A DNA stretch of 63,284 nucleotides, counting the filler, from Octopus bimaculoides (taxonomy: Eukaryota), in NCBI RefSeq assembly GCF_001194135.2. It is 4 parts of 3 records of this genome, joined end to end, with 100 filler letters (N's around TTAATTAATTAA, not from the genome) between each part and the next. Parts side by side here need not be neighbours in the genome. Positions count along the whole stretch, not along the records: positions 1 to 31,853 come from NC_068984.1; positions 31,954 to 53,407 come from NC_068981.1; 2 more parts are not named here. One strand, given 5' to 3'. A program made the position numbers and the translations under genes. Of this stretch, positions 25,341-37,495 are shown piece by piece (the first letter of the stretch is position 1; every line of letters begins with the position of its first letter). A model generated the notes under the pieces. That model saw only the letters and a list, made by a program, of their open reading frames with translations. It was not told where the DNA came from and did not search any database.

Positions 25341-26208
25341 GGGCTTCGTATATTTTACCCCAGTGTCACTTTGATGGCATGCACTGCTCTCTCACTCAAT
25401 AATAATAATATTAATGATAGTAATAAATTACCCCGATGTAGAACCAAACAGTGGCTCTTGTGGCTTCTTAACTGATTAGAAGTGTTATCATGTACATTGT
25501 TTTCTTTTGGCATAAAAGATAGGTTACAGCAAATATTCTGCTCAATACTACAGATTTGCTTGTTAGTTGCTTGACCTTAAACAGTTGATCATGTCCCTTA
25601 GTGACTGTCGATATGTGCATCTCTGATTACGAGCATAAGTAGTGGGAGAGCATCATAGTCATGTGTTCAGAGGAATTCTTAGGGGCTTGGATAATCACCT
25701 TTGGAAACAGCTTTAAACAACCCTTATTCAAGGACATTTTGAGAGGGATGGGCTACTCGACCTGAAGAAAATTCTAATTGGGCCCCAACTGCAAGGTTAT
25801 GTGCTGTTTATCTTGATATGAGATCACTATATCGCGAACATATGGTTGGGATGCATATGCCTGGTGTACCCTTATCAGACGCGTTGTCATGATGGGTATG
25901 CTGGGATCCGTATATTTTAAGCCAGATAGAATTCTCTTCAGGTTGAGTAGCCCGACTCCCTCAAAAGGTCCCTGAATAAGGGTTGCTTAAGGATGTTGAA
26001 CAACACACCCATGTTTCTAAAGATGAAGTATCCAAAGCCAAATGAATTCCTGTCAACACATGGCTATGACACTCCTCTACTACTCCTGCTCATGATCAGA
26101 GATGCACATATCGTCTGCCACTAAGGAACATGCTCAACTGCTTAAGGTCAAACAACTGGCAAGCAAATCTGTGATATTAAGCAGAACATTTGCTGGAGCC
26201 CATCTTTT
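25341..26208. repeat. Unclassified (AAT)n-associated interspersed repeat: tandem tail, direct copy and inverted partial copy
   Basis: 25514-25776 is inverted to 25925-26208 (roughly 80% identity by eye). ggg..cgtatatttta occurs at 25341 and again near 25900. Bounded by (AAT)n/(ATT)n. Confidence 0.75.
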
Positions 26209-26543
26209 ATTATTATTATTATTTTATGTTTGACTTTTGTTTTGCATTTGTACAAGTTGGATCCAAGTCTCACCCAGAGACCTCAAGAGACAACAAGTTA
26301 GAAGTTCATGTAGGTGTTATGCCTAGGGTACCATATATTTGGATTTGTACAGTTTTGTTCAAGTGAATGTTTAAGAAACCATAAGNNNNNNNNNNNNNNN
26401 NNNNNNNNNNNNNNNNNNNNNNNNNNNNNNNNNNNNNNNNNNNNNNNNNNNNNNNNNNNNNNNNNNNNNNNNNNNNNNNNNNNNNNNNNNNNNNNNNNNN
26501 NNNNNNNNNNNNNNNNNNNNNNNNNNNNNNNNNNNNNNNNNNN

Positions 26544-26573
<30 letters not shown>

Positions 26574-26576
<3 letters not shown>

Positions 26577-26710
26577 CGGGCTTCTTTCAGTTTTCGTCAA
26601 CCCGGATTGGCCCGAGGCTTTCGTAGATGACGTTTGTTCAATATGTCACGCAAAGGAAATGAACCCGGAACCGTGTAGTTGAGAAGCAAACTTCTTACAC
26701 ATAGCCAAAG
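26574..26710 (-). mobile_element. SINE A 5' module
   Basis: gacgggcttctttcagttttcgtc...gaacccggaaccgtgtagttgagaagcaaacttctta. Confidence 0.75.
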
Positions 26711-27013
26711 CACGTATGTAAAAAGTTTCAATAATCTCCAATGAACTGACGTTTGAAATATATGATCATTGGGAAGACAAAATTACATCCAGGATGTTGT
26801 AAGAACTTTTATAAGACGACACCCCAATCCATTTACAGAGATTAATGGGACTGTTCTGATTTTTTTTCTAGTTTTCTCGTGAATCTCGTTTAAAGTTAAG
26901 AATGATTTGATATTGTTGATAGATGTACGGCCACTGTTGAAAAACAAGCGACAAGGATGCTATATTAATGTCAGGGGACGTACGATGACTAAAACTACTA
27001 TGACACATTATTG

Positions 27014-27052
<39 letters not shown>

Positions 27053-27082
27053 CATCCATCCATCCATCCATCCATACATACA

Positions 27083-27118
<36 letters not shown>

Positions 27119-27522
27119 TACACATACATATGCATATATGTGTGTTTATGTATGTACTTTAATATGTATCTATCTATCTATCTAGTAAGCGGTCATATTC
27201 CGATGAGACCAATAAATTTTAGATCTGCTCAGCAAATAACTGCATATTTAAAAAATGAAAACCATTTCGAGCATACATCAGAATAGATTTCTCCAGTATA
27301 TTCCCACATTTTCAAAACCATTTACTCAGTCACAGAAGGATACCATCTACATCAGACTCCTCCGTAATCTAGTGAACATACTTCACCTTCTATATATACT
27401 AAAGACTCTTGCCCTTATTGATCTCGACAGATAACTTCTAAATTTCCATACTGGACCACCAAAAATTACTTATATTAATCACAGATACACACATTATTCT
27501 GATAAGTAGTACATACACGTAG

Positions 27523-27622
27523 TGGAGGCGCAATGGTCCAGTTGTTAAGGCATCGGACTCACGGTCGTAGGATCGCGGTTTCGATTCCCAGACCGGGCGT
27601 TGTAAGTATTTACTGGGCAAAA
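27523..27622 (+). mobile_element. SINE C head, 3'-truncated
   Basis: tggaggcgcaatggtccagttgttaagg...ggtttcgattcccagaccgggcgttg. Confidence 0.85.
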
Positions 27623-27629
27623 TTCAAAG

Positions 27630-27788
27630 CAACTGTATTTAACAAATAAAAACTTAAACTAATGAACCCATTATTTTGCTGATTTTACATGAATGGCTAC
27701 CCCATTATCGCCCCAATTTTCTTCAACGCCCTCTGGGAACTTTCCACTGCCCCCGGGGGAGCAATACCACCCACTTTGGGAACCACTG
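27630..27788. mobile_element. hAT-Charlie-like terminal fragment
   Basis: Ends cccactttgggaaccactg, the reverse complement of CAGTGGTTCCCAAAGTGGG, a typical Charlie-type TIR. The second TIR and an 8-bp TSD were not found. Confidence 0.5.
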
Positions 27789-27869
27789 GTTTAAGTGACG
27801 CAGTAAGTGTTACGTCTCTTCTAACGTCACGCACGAGAAAAATATCTTGAATATCCTCTGTATTCTAGA

Positions 27870-28026
27870 CATAGGTCCTGAAATTCATTACCATGAACCT
27901 GGTGCTCAACTGGCATTCATTTCTTCGACTACAAAAGGATGAAATGTAGGGTTAATCGTGGCGGCATTAAAGACGGAAGAATTGCTGCTAAGCATTTTCT
28001 CCGGCGTGCTAACGTTTCTGCCAGTT
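27870..28026 (-). mobile_element. SINE B, decayed
   Basis: caactggcattcatttc...aaaggatgaaatg...ctaagcattttctccggcgtgctaacgtttctgccag. Confidence 0.75.
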
Positions 28027-28084
28027 AGAAGGCTTAATGCTATCGTAAATATTAAAATGGACTACTTCATAAAACATAAAGGTG

Positions 28085-28210
28085 AACATGTGTGAGTCTT
28101 TGTGTCTGTGTTTATCCTCACCCATCATCACTTGCCAACCGATATAGGTGTGTTTACGTTCCCGTAACTTAACGGTTCAGCCAAAGATATCGATAGAATA
28201 AGTGCCAGGC
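28085..28210 (+). mobile_element. SINE A 3' module, truncated
   Basis: tgtgtctgtgtttatcctc...gtaacttaacggttcagccaaagatatcgatagaataagt. Confidence 0.75.
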
Positions 28211-28734
28211 CAAATGCCGCTCACATCTTGGGCGTCTGTAGAATTGTCAGGCCTGTTACGACGAACAGAGAAGGAGAAGCCAGCCCCACGAGATTTCAGA
28301 GATCATGAAGTGAGCGTCGTCCACCCAGGTGGATGGAAAACTTTGAAACAGAATGGAAGGACGGTGATCTTTAGACCAGGGAGACGTGTGGAGGAACGAA
28401 GAAAGCCATCCGGGCTGGGACCAAGGGGGAAATGATGTCACGTTAAGAAGCTATGCATTTGAAAAGCGTCTTTCTTCGTCAAGACTCTGAGGTAAACGGA
28501 CCTGTGGACCGAATTTCTGAACGATAATAGTTTCGGGCCAGAAGTTTTGGTAAGGTACGCTTGTAGGTACGTTCAGCAAGTTTTTTTCTGATCCTGGTTC
28601 AGTGTACTATTTTCCAAAGTTCGTCTCGAGTTAAAAACATTTTTATTTTACTGTGTGTTTGTGTATGTGTGTGTGTGTGTGTGTTTGTGTGTGTGTTTGT
28701 GTGTGTTTGTGTGTGTTTGTATATGAATATACAC

Positions 28735-29477
28735 AGGCGTGGGAGTGGCTGTGTGGTAAGTAGCTTGCTTACCAACCACATGGTTCCGGGTTCAGTCCCA
28801 CTGCGTGGCACCTTGGGCAAGTGTTTTNNNNNNNNNNNNNNNNNNNNNNNNNNNNNNNNNNNNNNNNNNNNNNNNNNNNNNNNNNNNNNNNNNNNNNNNN
28901 NNNNNNNNNNNNNNNNNNNNNNNNNNNNNNNNNNNNNNNNNNNNNNNNNNNNNNNNNNNNNNNNNNNNNNNNNNNNNNNNNNNNNNNNNNNNNNNNNNNN
29001 NNNNNNNNNNNNNNNNNNNNNNNNNNNNNNNNNNNNNNNNNNNNNNNNNNNNNNNNNNNNNNNNNNNNNNNNNNNNNNNNNNNNNNNNNNNNNNNNNNNN
29101 NNNNNNNNNNNNNNNNNNNNNNNNNNNNNNNNNNNNNNNNNNNNNNNNNNNNNNNNNNNNNNNNNNNNNNNNNNNNNNNNNNNNNNNNNNNNNNNNNNNN
29201 NNNNNNNNNNNNNNNNNNNNNNNNNNNNNNNNNNNNNATATTTATATACATATATATGTATGTATGCATGTGTGTATATGTTAGTGTGTCTGTGTTTGTC
29301 TCCCCCAACATCGTTTGGCAACCGATGCTGGTGTGTTTAGGTCCCCGTAAATTAGCGGTTCGGCAAAAGAGACCGATAGGCTTACAAAGAATAAGTCCTG
29401 GATTTGATTTGCTCGACTAAAGGCGGTGCTCCAGCATGGCCACAGTCAAATGACTGAAACAAGTAAAAAAGTAAAAG
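28735..29477 (+). mobile_element. SINE A, full length; internal microsatellite collapsed into a gap
   Basis: Head at 28735; 3' module 29285-29477. Confidence 0.9.
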
Positions 29478-30593
29478 AGAGAGTATGCATTTTTTTATGT
29501 ACACGCACATATGATCTAAGATATGTACGATATTAAGAGATGAATTTTGCAAGCCTTTTGACAGGGTAGTTCCTTATATTCACAAATATTTTGAGAGACC
29601 GATAGAGACATGTTAGTATTAAAACCTCTCTACTTCTCTATATAACCTCGTGAGAATAACAGAAATAGGTATTGCAAGGAAGTGAGCAAGGGTTATAGTT
29701 TCCATCCACCAAAATCTTACAAGACACACATATACAAACAAACGCAACCTCTCGTAAAAGTGAACTCGTGCACTGAAACACACATATACAGAGACCATGC
29801 AGCTTCGTGTATGCGTGCGTGTGTGCATGTGTGNNNNNNNNNNNNNNNNNNNNNNNNNNNNNNNNNNNNNNNNNNNNNNNNNNNNNNNNNNNNNNNNNNN
29901 NNNNNNNNNNNNNNNNNNNNNNNNNNNNNNNNNNNNNNNNNNNNNNNNNNNNNNNNNNNNNNNNNNNNNNNNNNNNNNNNNNNNNNNNNNNNCTCTCTCT
30001 CTAATTCTCATTCTCTTTCTTCCCGCCACCCCACGCACTCTTTCACACACTATCTCTCTCACGCACAAACATGCACACAGATATAGATATTCCCATTTAT
30101 TTAGTCGTATGATCTCAATATTTCAATGCGTTCTTGTTCCATAGAAGATTGTATTTCTGCATTACGAAACCCATCACACGCTCATCTTACGTTACAATAC
30201 AATACACCGAACAGCAGTATCTCTTCTCTTTTGTCCTTCGACGACAATAATTGTATGTTCGACAAAATCTTCGAGAATGTTACCTCCGGTCATACACTGC
30301 GTTTCAACTATTCATCTTCACACGCAAACCTTTCTCTTTAATTTTCACCATCTTCATTTGTATTATATTTTCAATGCTTCAGTATTTTGCTTTACAAATA
30401 CGCCAACGAGATGAATGTAAAGGATTTGTTGTCAAGGTAGCTTAATATTATTATCTGTCGGACTACTGGCCTTGCACCCCCATCCCCCCGGATCAAGTCC
30501 TACTAATGTATTTTGCCCCTCATCCACAAGCTTCTCCCACAAATAATTTTTATTTTTTTGGCGGGTGCCCCGAGGAAGAATCTATTTCATACG

Positions 30594-31075
30594 TCTTTTC
30601 CTTGTTTCAGTCATTAGACTGCGGCCATGCTGGGGCACCAACTCGAAGAACGTTTTGTTGAATGAATTGACTGCAGTACTTATTTATTTTTTTTAAGCCT
30701 CGCATTTATTCTATCAGGTGACCTTGCCGAACCGCTAGGTTACCGGAACGTAAACACACCTACAGCGATTGTCAAACGATAGTGGAGAGCAAACACAGAC
30801 ACATACAGTTATATATATATATATATATNNNNNNNNNNNNNNNNNNNNNNNNNNNNNNNNNNNNNNNNNNNNNNNNNNNNNNNNNNNNNNNNNNNNNNNN
30901 NNNNNNNNNNNNNNNNNNNNNNNNNNNNNNNNNNNNNNNNNNNNNNNNNNNNNNNNNNNNNNNNNNNNNNNNNNNNNNNNNNNNNNNNNNNNNNNNNNNN
31001 NNNNNNNNNNNNNNNNNNNNNNNNTTATATATATATATATATGTATATGTACAGACACAGACACAGACACACATA

Positions 31076-31124
<49 letters not shown>

Positions 31125-31480
31125 GGTGGTTGTCCACTCCTTAAACAGAGTTTGACCACCTCCTGCACCTACACCTTAGCCCTTTCATGGCGTCTGATGT
31201 GGCTTTTTAAACCAGACAGTGTTTTGAAAAAACACCCACATAGATTGCACCTCCGATTTGCACTACCAATACCTGCAAGTAAGTTCTGCTCATTGTGGAT
31301 CCTAACATATTTATACACATATATATACACATATATACACATACATTTTCGTTCACCGAATCCACTTTGGCCGGACGGAGGATATCGTAGAAGACACTTG
31401 TGCAAGATGCCACGCAGTAAGACTGAACCCGAAATCATATGGTTAGGAAGCAACCTTTGTACCACGCACCCATTCCTGCA
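30594..31480 (-). mobile_element. SINE A interrupted by a microsatellite, a gap and a LINE-tail fragment
   Basis: 3' module 30594-30805; 5' module 31345-31480. Confidence 0.8.
31126..31305 (-). pseudogene. 5'-truncated fragment encoding one C2H2 zinc finger; probable RTE-type LINE 3' end
   Basis: ...RRCNLCGCFFKTLSGLKSHIRRHERAKV* (C-x2-C-x3-F-x5-L-x2-H-x3-H at 31187-31249), followed by a short UTR and (TA)n. Confidence 0.6.
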
Positions 31481-31760
31481 CCTAATATATCGATTTCTTT
31501 TTGGCCGATTTATATTGTACACCTTCAATGGATTATCATATTGTGTCCCGTTTAGATATGATTCTCATCACAAACGAACGGGAGACTCTGTAGCATTTTA
31601 CGCAACGTAATAGAAATAAGAAATGACTCTCAACTGCCACGCAATCGCTTCTTGCTATCTTAAGAATAAACGGAAAAGCATAGAATGATCATGTTTACAA
31701 CGGTTTCGATCGTGGATCTGTTCGATCAGCACTATCATAATACTTATACTCTTCATCGCC

Positions 31761-31853
31761 TCTTCTTCTTCTTCTTCTTCTTCTTCTTCTTCTTCTTCTT
31801 CTTCTTCTTCTTCTTCTTCTTCTTCTTCTTCTTCTTCTTCTTCTTCTTCTTCT
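31761..31853. repeat. (TTC)n pure array
   Basis: About 31 uninterrupted units running into a gap. Confidence 0.98.
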
Positions 31854-31953
31854 NNNNNNNNNNNNNNNNNNNNNNNNNNNNNNNNNNNNNNNNNNNNTTA
31901 ATTAATTAANNNNNNNNNNNNNNNNNNNNNNNNNNNNNNNNNNNNNNNNNNNN
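31854..31953. other. Artificial scaffold linker N44-TTAATTAATTAA-N44
   Basis: The identical 100-bp construct recurs at 53408-53507 and 60276-60375. Confidence 0.95.
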
Positions 31954-31986
<33 letters not shown>

Positions 31987-32699
31987 ATTAGAAGATATGT
32001 TAACCTCGTGAAGAGATGGTTGCATCCAAGGAAATATTGGTTTAATACCTAGTATTGTTGGGGAATGAAATTCCCAAAGAACAATAAGTATATATTAAGC
32101 ATATAGTTTATATCCAGTTAAAAGAAAAGAAAATGGAGATAAGGATGTTAATTATTTATCACTAGAAGAGAAACCCGGCCTTGCTCGGAATTAAAATAGC
32201 ATAGTTTTTTTTTATTGTTTTACTTGTTTCGGTATTATAACCCGATTTCATTCGGGTCGACTCTGGCCACATTTTAAAGATGAGGAATTCCTAAAAAAAA
32301 AAAAAATGTTATTAAAAATTGGTAATGAAAAAAAGCATGCCAAATGTTTAAACAGTCTTTGAGAAGCGATTGGAGAAACCACGCGGATGCAGATGTGAAG
32401 GACAAAGAATGACGGGAAAATGCCGGAAAAGAACAAAACACCGATCAGATCACTGCACAAAACTGAAATAGTATAATACGACTGTACTTACAATGTTTGG
32501 ATACAATATGTAGTCACACCCAGCCTAATTTTGCAGAATCAGTGTCGCGACGTGAACCCATGGGTTGGGATTTTGACTCACAGAGGTGGCCAGGTTGCAG
32601 AGGAGGCCAGCGACGTGAAGAAGGTGGATGCAGTTGGGCTAAAAAATTGATAAACTGACAATGACTCCAGCGACATGAAGAAGGTGGATGAAGTTGGGC

Positions 32700-32835
32700 T
32701 CCCATAACATAGCGGTTCGGCAAAAGACACAGAATAAGTACTAGGCTTACAAAGAATAAGTTTTGAAGTTAATTTGTTCGACCAAAGGCGATGCTCTAGC
32801 ATGGCCGCAGCCAAATGACTGAAATAAGTAAAAGT
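32700..32835 (+). mobile_element. SINE A 3' module
   Basis: gcggttcggcaaaagac..agaataagtactaggcttacaaagaataag...gcatggccgcagccaaatgactgaaataagtaaaag. Confidence 0.85.
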
Positions 32836-33234
32836 GCATATTATATATATATAATCTGGAAAATGATATGAGCAACATCACCTCGTTTTACGTACATATC
32901 ACCAAAATGGCAATGTGCAGCAGATGGCTCTTGTGCCTCTGGGAAGTCGCAAGATAACATCTCAGAGGCTGTTAAGTACCAAGGAACATAACTCTTGACT
33001 TTATCCTTGCTCAGTTCGTTTCGTCTTTTTCACAGTAACCACAAACAGGTTATTTTTTTACCCCGAACAATAGAGAGCAGTCGCCATATTTTCTTCCATA
33101 ACTGCCAACTCTGAAGAGCACAGGATTACATAATCGGGCTGTTATATGACAATTCATTGATACCCCAGTGCGAAACCGATTGGTAAGATCGGCCCTAATG
33201 GATATATAATATTGTTCACTTCGATTAATATACA

Positions 33235-34006
33235 AATATTCGGGGCTAATGCTGTTTCGTAACCCTCCTTGAAAAATTCATTTTTTCGAAAAAAATTTTT
33301 CGGATTCCTATGTTTTAGATGTCGGAGATTACGAATATGCAAAAAAAAAAAAAATTAACTCCCCCCACCACTACCACCCCTCTCCCTTAAAATTTTGAAC
33401 TTTTTCAAAATTTTAAATTCAATAAGCATACAGATAAGCGTATAAAAAGATCGATAGATAGATGTGAATGTCTTCCTGGAGCTAAAAACAACAGTAATAC
33501 GGTATTCTATAGGACCGCCACATTTAGTTGACAAATATATTTTATGAATAAACGGACAGCGATAAATAGACAAATAAATAAATGGATGAAAAAGCTGTTC
33601 AAAATTTAAAATTGGGGGAGGGAGTGAAATTTGAGCCCCTTATTAAACTTTATAACATTAATTATTAAACATCAATGTTTGTTTCTCATAAAATGGTGTA
33701 TATTCAATTTATATTAAATTCTTATTTACGATTGTTTTAGGCAAACACAAGTAAAACGTAAATTCTTTTCACTTTAATGTTTTTGTCTGTATTTAATTTC
33801 GATTTGCATATGTTCAATTCGCTGCGATCTCTTTAAAGTAAACAAAATAAAAAATTTAAATTGGGGGTGGTAGGGGGTGAAATTTTTGTTTTTGTTTTTT
33901 TCATATTCGTAATCTCCGACATCTAAAACGTAGGAATCCGAAAAAAAAATTTGTTTTAAATGCATTTTTCAAAGAGAGGTGCAAGACTGTATTAGTCCCA
34001 AATATT
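33235..34006. mobile_element. Non-autonomous DNA element with ~160-bp inverted arms, superfamily unresolved
   Basis: 33235-33398 is inverted to 33850-34006. The core cggattcctatgttttagatgtcggagattacgaatatg matches the reverse complement of 33902-33940 with 1 mismatch in 39. Confidence 0.7.
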
Positions 34007-34593
34007 CTTTGTCAATGTTGTTTTAAAAGTTCGATCGACTAATCTTAATGAACTTATCTTCATTTGTTTTGTTGTTTTAAACTTTTAACCCCCCCCCCTT
34101 AAGGGAGTTTTGATTGCTTGAATAATTTATGGAACATTTTTCAACTCTCAATATCACATCATATATAAAATAAGAGCTCGTCGTAAATGTATTTACTAGG
34201 CAGAACGCTCTCCTAAGATGTACATCTCACAGGTATATTAATAATATATGCACACTTCTGTCTGTACGCGTGCATTCGTGCTTGCCTGTGTATATCGATG
34301 TTGTTAACTGGTATATATCGATGAATGATGTAAACACAGCGAAAGACCATCAAAGTTACTGCACCAACTTACAACCACTCCCTATTCACTGTTAGGGTTA
34401 GAAATACTGTGAACCAGTGATTGGCCCTTTGGAAACCTATACCCAACGACGATAGAAATTAGAATAAAGATATATAATTAAATTAAATTAATTCTTTTGT
34501 ACAAAAAGAAACGGGGAAAATAATATAACTAGTATGAAATTATGCTTTGATCTATAAAAAGATGTATTTGCTGTAACCTATCACTATTATTGT

Positions 34594-34800
34594 TCTTTTC
34601 TACTCTAGGCACAAGGCCCGAAATTTTGGAGGAGGGGGCCAGTCAATTAGATCGACCCCAGTATGCAACTGGTACTTAATTTATCGACCCCGAAAGGATG
34701 AAAGGCAAAGTCGACCTCGGCGGAATTAGAACTCAGAACGTAAAGACAGACGAAATACCACTAAATATTTCGCCTGGCGTGCTAACATTTCTGCCAGCTC
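34594..34800 (-). mobile_element. SINE B, full length, standard tail
   Basis: tctactctaggcacaaggcccgaaatt...gaaaggatgaaaggcaaagtcgacctcggcgg...ctgccagctc. Confidence 0.93.
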
Positions 34801-35093
34801 ATTTTCGGTGACTCCTCCTGTAGTTTATACATACCACGTCTTTGCTCTTTGTAGGTTGTAGTTTCCGCAGTGCGCCCAGTGGATAATTCTTGCAACATTG
34901 TCATGACGTCTTTTGCATTCGCGTTATTATTATAATCCTTTTGGGGTCAATTAAATAACCAGTCGAGTGCTGGGGTCGATAAAAATAAAAATTTAATCGA
35001 GTAGACCCGTCCTAAAAAATTTCAGTCCCTTGTCTATAGCAGAAAGAACCACTGCTAGTACTACTACCACTTCTATTACAGAAAATAATAATA

Positions 35094-35134
<41 letters not shown>

Positions 35135-35156
35135 AATTATTATTATTATTATTATT

Positions 35157-35367
35157 GAGCTGGCAGAATAGTTTGCACACCGAGCAAAATACTTAGGGGC
35201 ATTTCGTCTGTCTTTACGTTCTGAGTTCAAATTCCGTCGAGGTTGACTTTGCCTTTCATCCTTTCGGGGTCGATAAATTAAGTACCAGTCAATTACTGAG
35301 GTCGATGTGATCGACTTACCCCCTCCCCACAAATTTCAGGCCTTGTGCTTATAGTAGAAAGGATTAT
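35157..35367 (+). mobile_element. SINE B, full length, standard tail
   Basis: gagctggcagaa...gactttgcctttcatcctttcggggtcgataaattaagtaccag...ggccttgtgcttatagtagaaagg. Confidence 0.93.
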
Positions 35368-37107
35368 TATCATTATGATTATTATTATTATTGATTTCGT
35401 TAGGAACCGGTTCGAGAACAACGCAGAAATATTTTAGTAAAGAAAAAAAAGATACTAAAAAACTAAATATGGTTGCTCTAAACTATTACATTCCACGCTT
35501 TATAGCTGCTGACAATCACATATTTATTTGCTACACCTTAACAGGCTTTCCTAACTACAGTAATGTTAGAAAACAGATTGGTTGATATGCGTCTCCTTCC
35601 ACGGCCACAAACCATAACCATCCAGCCACCTAACCACACAGGCATAGCTGAGTAAAGGTGAAAAAGAAAAAAGAAAGCAAAAATATTCCTTGATCAAATC
35701 AACGCATAATATTATTGCAATACGCTTTGGAAAATATCTAGTGAACAGTGTCATGTGGATTGAGAGAGAGAGAGGGGGGAAGAGATGGTGTACTGAAGAA
35801 TAGTCAGGGAGAGTGGCTGGTAGTAGCGGTGGTGGTGATGGTGGGGGTGGTTAAAGTAAAAGATGGAAACAATGAAGCGAACAACGAAGTAAATATATAT
35901 ATACGAGTGGCAGGCGAGGACAGAAACAAGTAGACAAAGACAGGGAAAAGACAAATGCAGTGACATAAAATAAATACAGGGGACAGTAAGGAAAAAAATA
36001 ACTGGAAGAGAGAGAGAGGGGGTGGATAAAGGGAGGAAGAGAGAGAGAGAGAGAAACACACTGCATGAATATCGTGACTTTGAATATTTTACAACGTGCT
36101 ATTTAGAAAAAGTTTGCCGGAAATGGGAAGACGACATTAAACCGCAACAGCATAGGAAAAATCAAGAGATTATGGAAGTCGATTTTGGTGAACAAAAAAA
36201 AAAAAAAAAAGNNNNNNNNNNNNNNNNNNNNNNNNNNNNNNNNNNNNNNNNNNNNNNNNNNNNNNNNNNNNNNNNNNNNNNNNNNNNNNNNNNNNNNNNN
36301 NNNNNNNNNNNNNNNNNNNNNNNNNNNNNNNNNNNNNNNNNNNNNNNNNNNNNNNNNNNNNNNNNNNNNNNNNNNNNNNNNNNNNNNNNNNNNNNNNNNN
36401 NNNNNNNNNNNNNNNNNNNNNNNNNNNNNNNNNNNNNNNNNNNNNNNNNNNNNNNNNNNNNNNNNNNNNNNNNNNNNNNNNNNNNNNNNNNNNNNNNNNN
36501 NNNNNNNNNNNNNNNNNNNNNNNNNNNNNNNNNNNNNNNNNNNNNNNNNNNNNNNNNNNNNNNNNNNNNNNGGAGGAAACAAAATAAGAAAAAAAATACA
36601 TAATGGACGGAAAATGTTAATATTTCTCGTTTTTTTCTTCGTTGTTTTATTTTATTTTTCATCTCGTGGAATATAAAATATTATCCAACAAAGAAGAGAA
36701 GAGAATTAATTCAAATATGAACACATCACAATTGATTAAACATTCCAAATGGAAGGAGAAATATCATTTTTTTTCTATTATCCCTGAATATTTGTTTTTC
36801 TAACAGTCATAGAGCGCTTCTGTTTATACACCGTTCTATGGTCCTACAGTATCGATGTTATTTTGGAAGTAACTCCTTGTAATGTTACTACCGTATCACC
36901 AAGGAGAAAGACATTCATGGCCGCCGTTCATATTCATTGAGTTATAAATCTTACATACGACATTTTATATACCTTTCTCTAGTCATTCGCGCGTTTATTC
37001 GTCTATTCGTTGGTTTATTGTTTTGTTTATACGTATACATAGACACGCACATATATATATATATATACATACATAGAGAGAGACAGACACACACACANNN
37101 NNNNNNN

Positions 37108-37159
<52 letters not shown>

Positions 37160-37254
37160 GCATTTACATACATGTATACGTACACACGCAAATATTCATA
37201 TACATACATACAGATACACACAAATACATATACATGTATATTTATATATGTATC

Positions 37255-37495
37255 TATCTCCTTTGCTGAACCGCTAGATTGCAGAGACATAAACAAATCA
37301 ACACACAAATGCAAACACACACAAATACATACATATACATACGACAGGCTTCCACATAGTTTTCTTCTAAGTTCATTCACAAGGCATTGTTCGGCCCAAG
37401 GTTATAGTAGAAGACACTTGCCCAAGGTGCCACGCAGTGAGACTGAATCCAAAACCGGTGGAAAAGCAAGCTTCTTAACCACACAGCTATGCTTG
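37255..37495 (-). mobile_element. SINE A, partial 3' module + microsatellite + 5' module
   Basis: tttgctgaaccgctag...; acgacaggcttccaca...gacacttgcccaaggtgccacgcagtg. Confidence 0.8.

Noticed and set aside
26720-26960. Possible mariner HPPYSPDL remnant on the minus strand
   Set aside because: Needs several frameshifts and the similarity is too weak.
30130-30430. Possible GIY-YIG or other TE coding remnant on the minus strand
   Set aside because: No diagnostic motif could be read.
31898-31909. TTAATTAATTAA as a homeodomain site or piggyBac target
   Set aside because: It is isolated inside symmetric N44 padding three times, so it is synthetic.
32607-32700. CRISPR-like repeat-spacer-repeat
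   Set aside because: Only two units, non-palindromic, in eukaryotic TE context with no cas genes.
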